Of a stretch of 64,000 nucleotides of DNA, positions 62,828 through 64,000 are shown in pieces. The stretch comes from Pristiophorus japonicus (lineage: Eukaryota): positions 28,582,001 to 28,646,000 of the forward strand of contig NC_091982.1 in assembly GCF_044704955.1 (NCBI RefSeq), written 5' to 3'. The notes beneath the pieces were generated by a model. It had not been told where the DNA came from, ran no database searches, and was given only the letters and a program-made list of their open reading frames with translations. The translations under genes were made by a program, and so were the position numbers. Position 1 is the first letter of the stretch. Each line of letters begins with the position of its first letter.

Positions 62828-64000
62828 GGGCTAGCTTTTATACGTTTGTGCAGATCTTCAAAATATGGGCGGTATTTCTGGTGTGGGCGGTAAAAATGGG
62901 TTTTCAGGTCACCGGCTTGTCACCCATTTTCAAAGCCCCTAATCTCCATTTTAAAAATTAGGTGTTCCCACGAGCGATCTGAAATTGGCGTTAGCGTTAA
63001 ATCTCTCTGACCTTGTGCCGTAAAGTGATGCCATCCTTAGCAATGGCATGGCAATGCTCGTTTCCCGCCATTCAGGAGGTCAGGGGTCATCATTACATGC
63101 ACAGAAGAGGAGACAGAGAGAGAGGGAGCAGAGAGAGACTGAAAGCGTGTGTGGGTGTGGTGTGTGCTTGTTTGGCTGTTGTGGGAGGCACGAGTGAGTT
63201 TCACCAACAGCAAAAAGCCTACTAAGCACCAAGAACATAGTTGGCACCGAGTTTTTGTCTAACAAATAATACATAACATGGAAGGGGATGTAGGAGGCCC
63301 TGCAGCTCTTAGCCAGGAACACTGGTGGCAGAGGGCTCCCAGTGGTCCCGGAGCGCGGCACTGCACCCCAAGATGCCAATCCTCATTGCCAACGACATAT
63401 AAGAGCCAGGAGCAATATCTTGCTTCTGGCTTGGAGCACATTCCCACCTCAGGACCATCCTCTCCCGTATCTGTCCAAGCAGCAGTTCTGTCGTCATCCC
63501 CCTCCCCCGCCAATAAAGCCTGAGGAACTCCTCAGCCAGGCGGCTTAGAGTCAGGAGAGGAAGGGGAAGGGGTAGAAGTGGGGATGAGAAGCGGGGTGGG
63601 GGAAGGGTTGGTTTTTACAGATATACTTATTATTTCAGATTAATGTTCGGTTTAAATGTTTTTTATTGAACAAATCCTTGTAGCACATTGGCTCAGATAG
63701 CTGCACCATTACACACTGGTGATTTCTGAACATCAAAGTGTATAATTACACTTAACTTCAAACAACTTAAAGTCTAACTGTCACCAAGGTGATGCACACC
63801 ATTGATGTATGACCTGCACACCCAGCAGTGTGTCAGCCTTGTAAATACCACCAATGTTCTTTCAGGCAAAGCGCTCATTTATGAGCTCTTGACGTAAGAG
63901 TCTTGCAACCACCACGGACCCTTTCCTGCAGTCTGCATGGGGGCAGGGGCATGGTTTCAGCGTCAGCCTGATTGTCTGGCCCGAGGTCAGCGTCCACCTC
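62828..64000. mobile_element. Harbinger element running off the window; transposase C-terminus on the minus strand (63862-64000)
   Basis: GGGCTAG-type left end; minus strand acidic/proline-rich stretch ending RQELINERFA-stop. Confidence 0.6.

Overview
Eukaryotic, repeat-saturated DNA whose repeat repertoire points to a cartilaginous fish (shark-like; an inference from recalled repeat families, not a database hit). No host protein-coding exon could be recognised, so the window is probably intergenic or deep intronic. It holds two full-length but decayed Gypsy (Mag-type) LTR retrotransposons with 5-bp TSDs and tRNA-Ser(GCT)-type PBSs, two probable solo LTRs, many PIF/Harbinger elements (transposase plus a three-exon Myb/SANT gene, and MITEs), a decayed hAT element, CR1, L2 and RTE LINE fragments, Deu-domain SINEs, an RTE-tailed SINE-like element and Penelope-type fragments with degenerate hammerhead cores. 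Most notable: (1) the second Gypsy element sits inside a tRNA-Asp(GTC) sequence, at the edge of its A-box; (2) that tRNA carries a T-run and is joined to a CR1 3' tail, resembling a proto-SINE; (3) a near-perfect 77-bp inverted repeat brackets the first exon of a Harbinger Myb gene. All family names come from motif recognition by eye and need confirmation by search; boundaries not fixed by a TIR, LTR or TSD are approximate.
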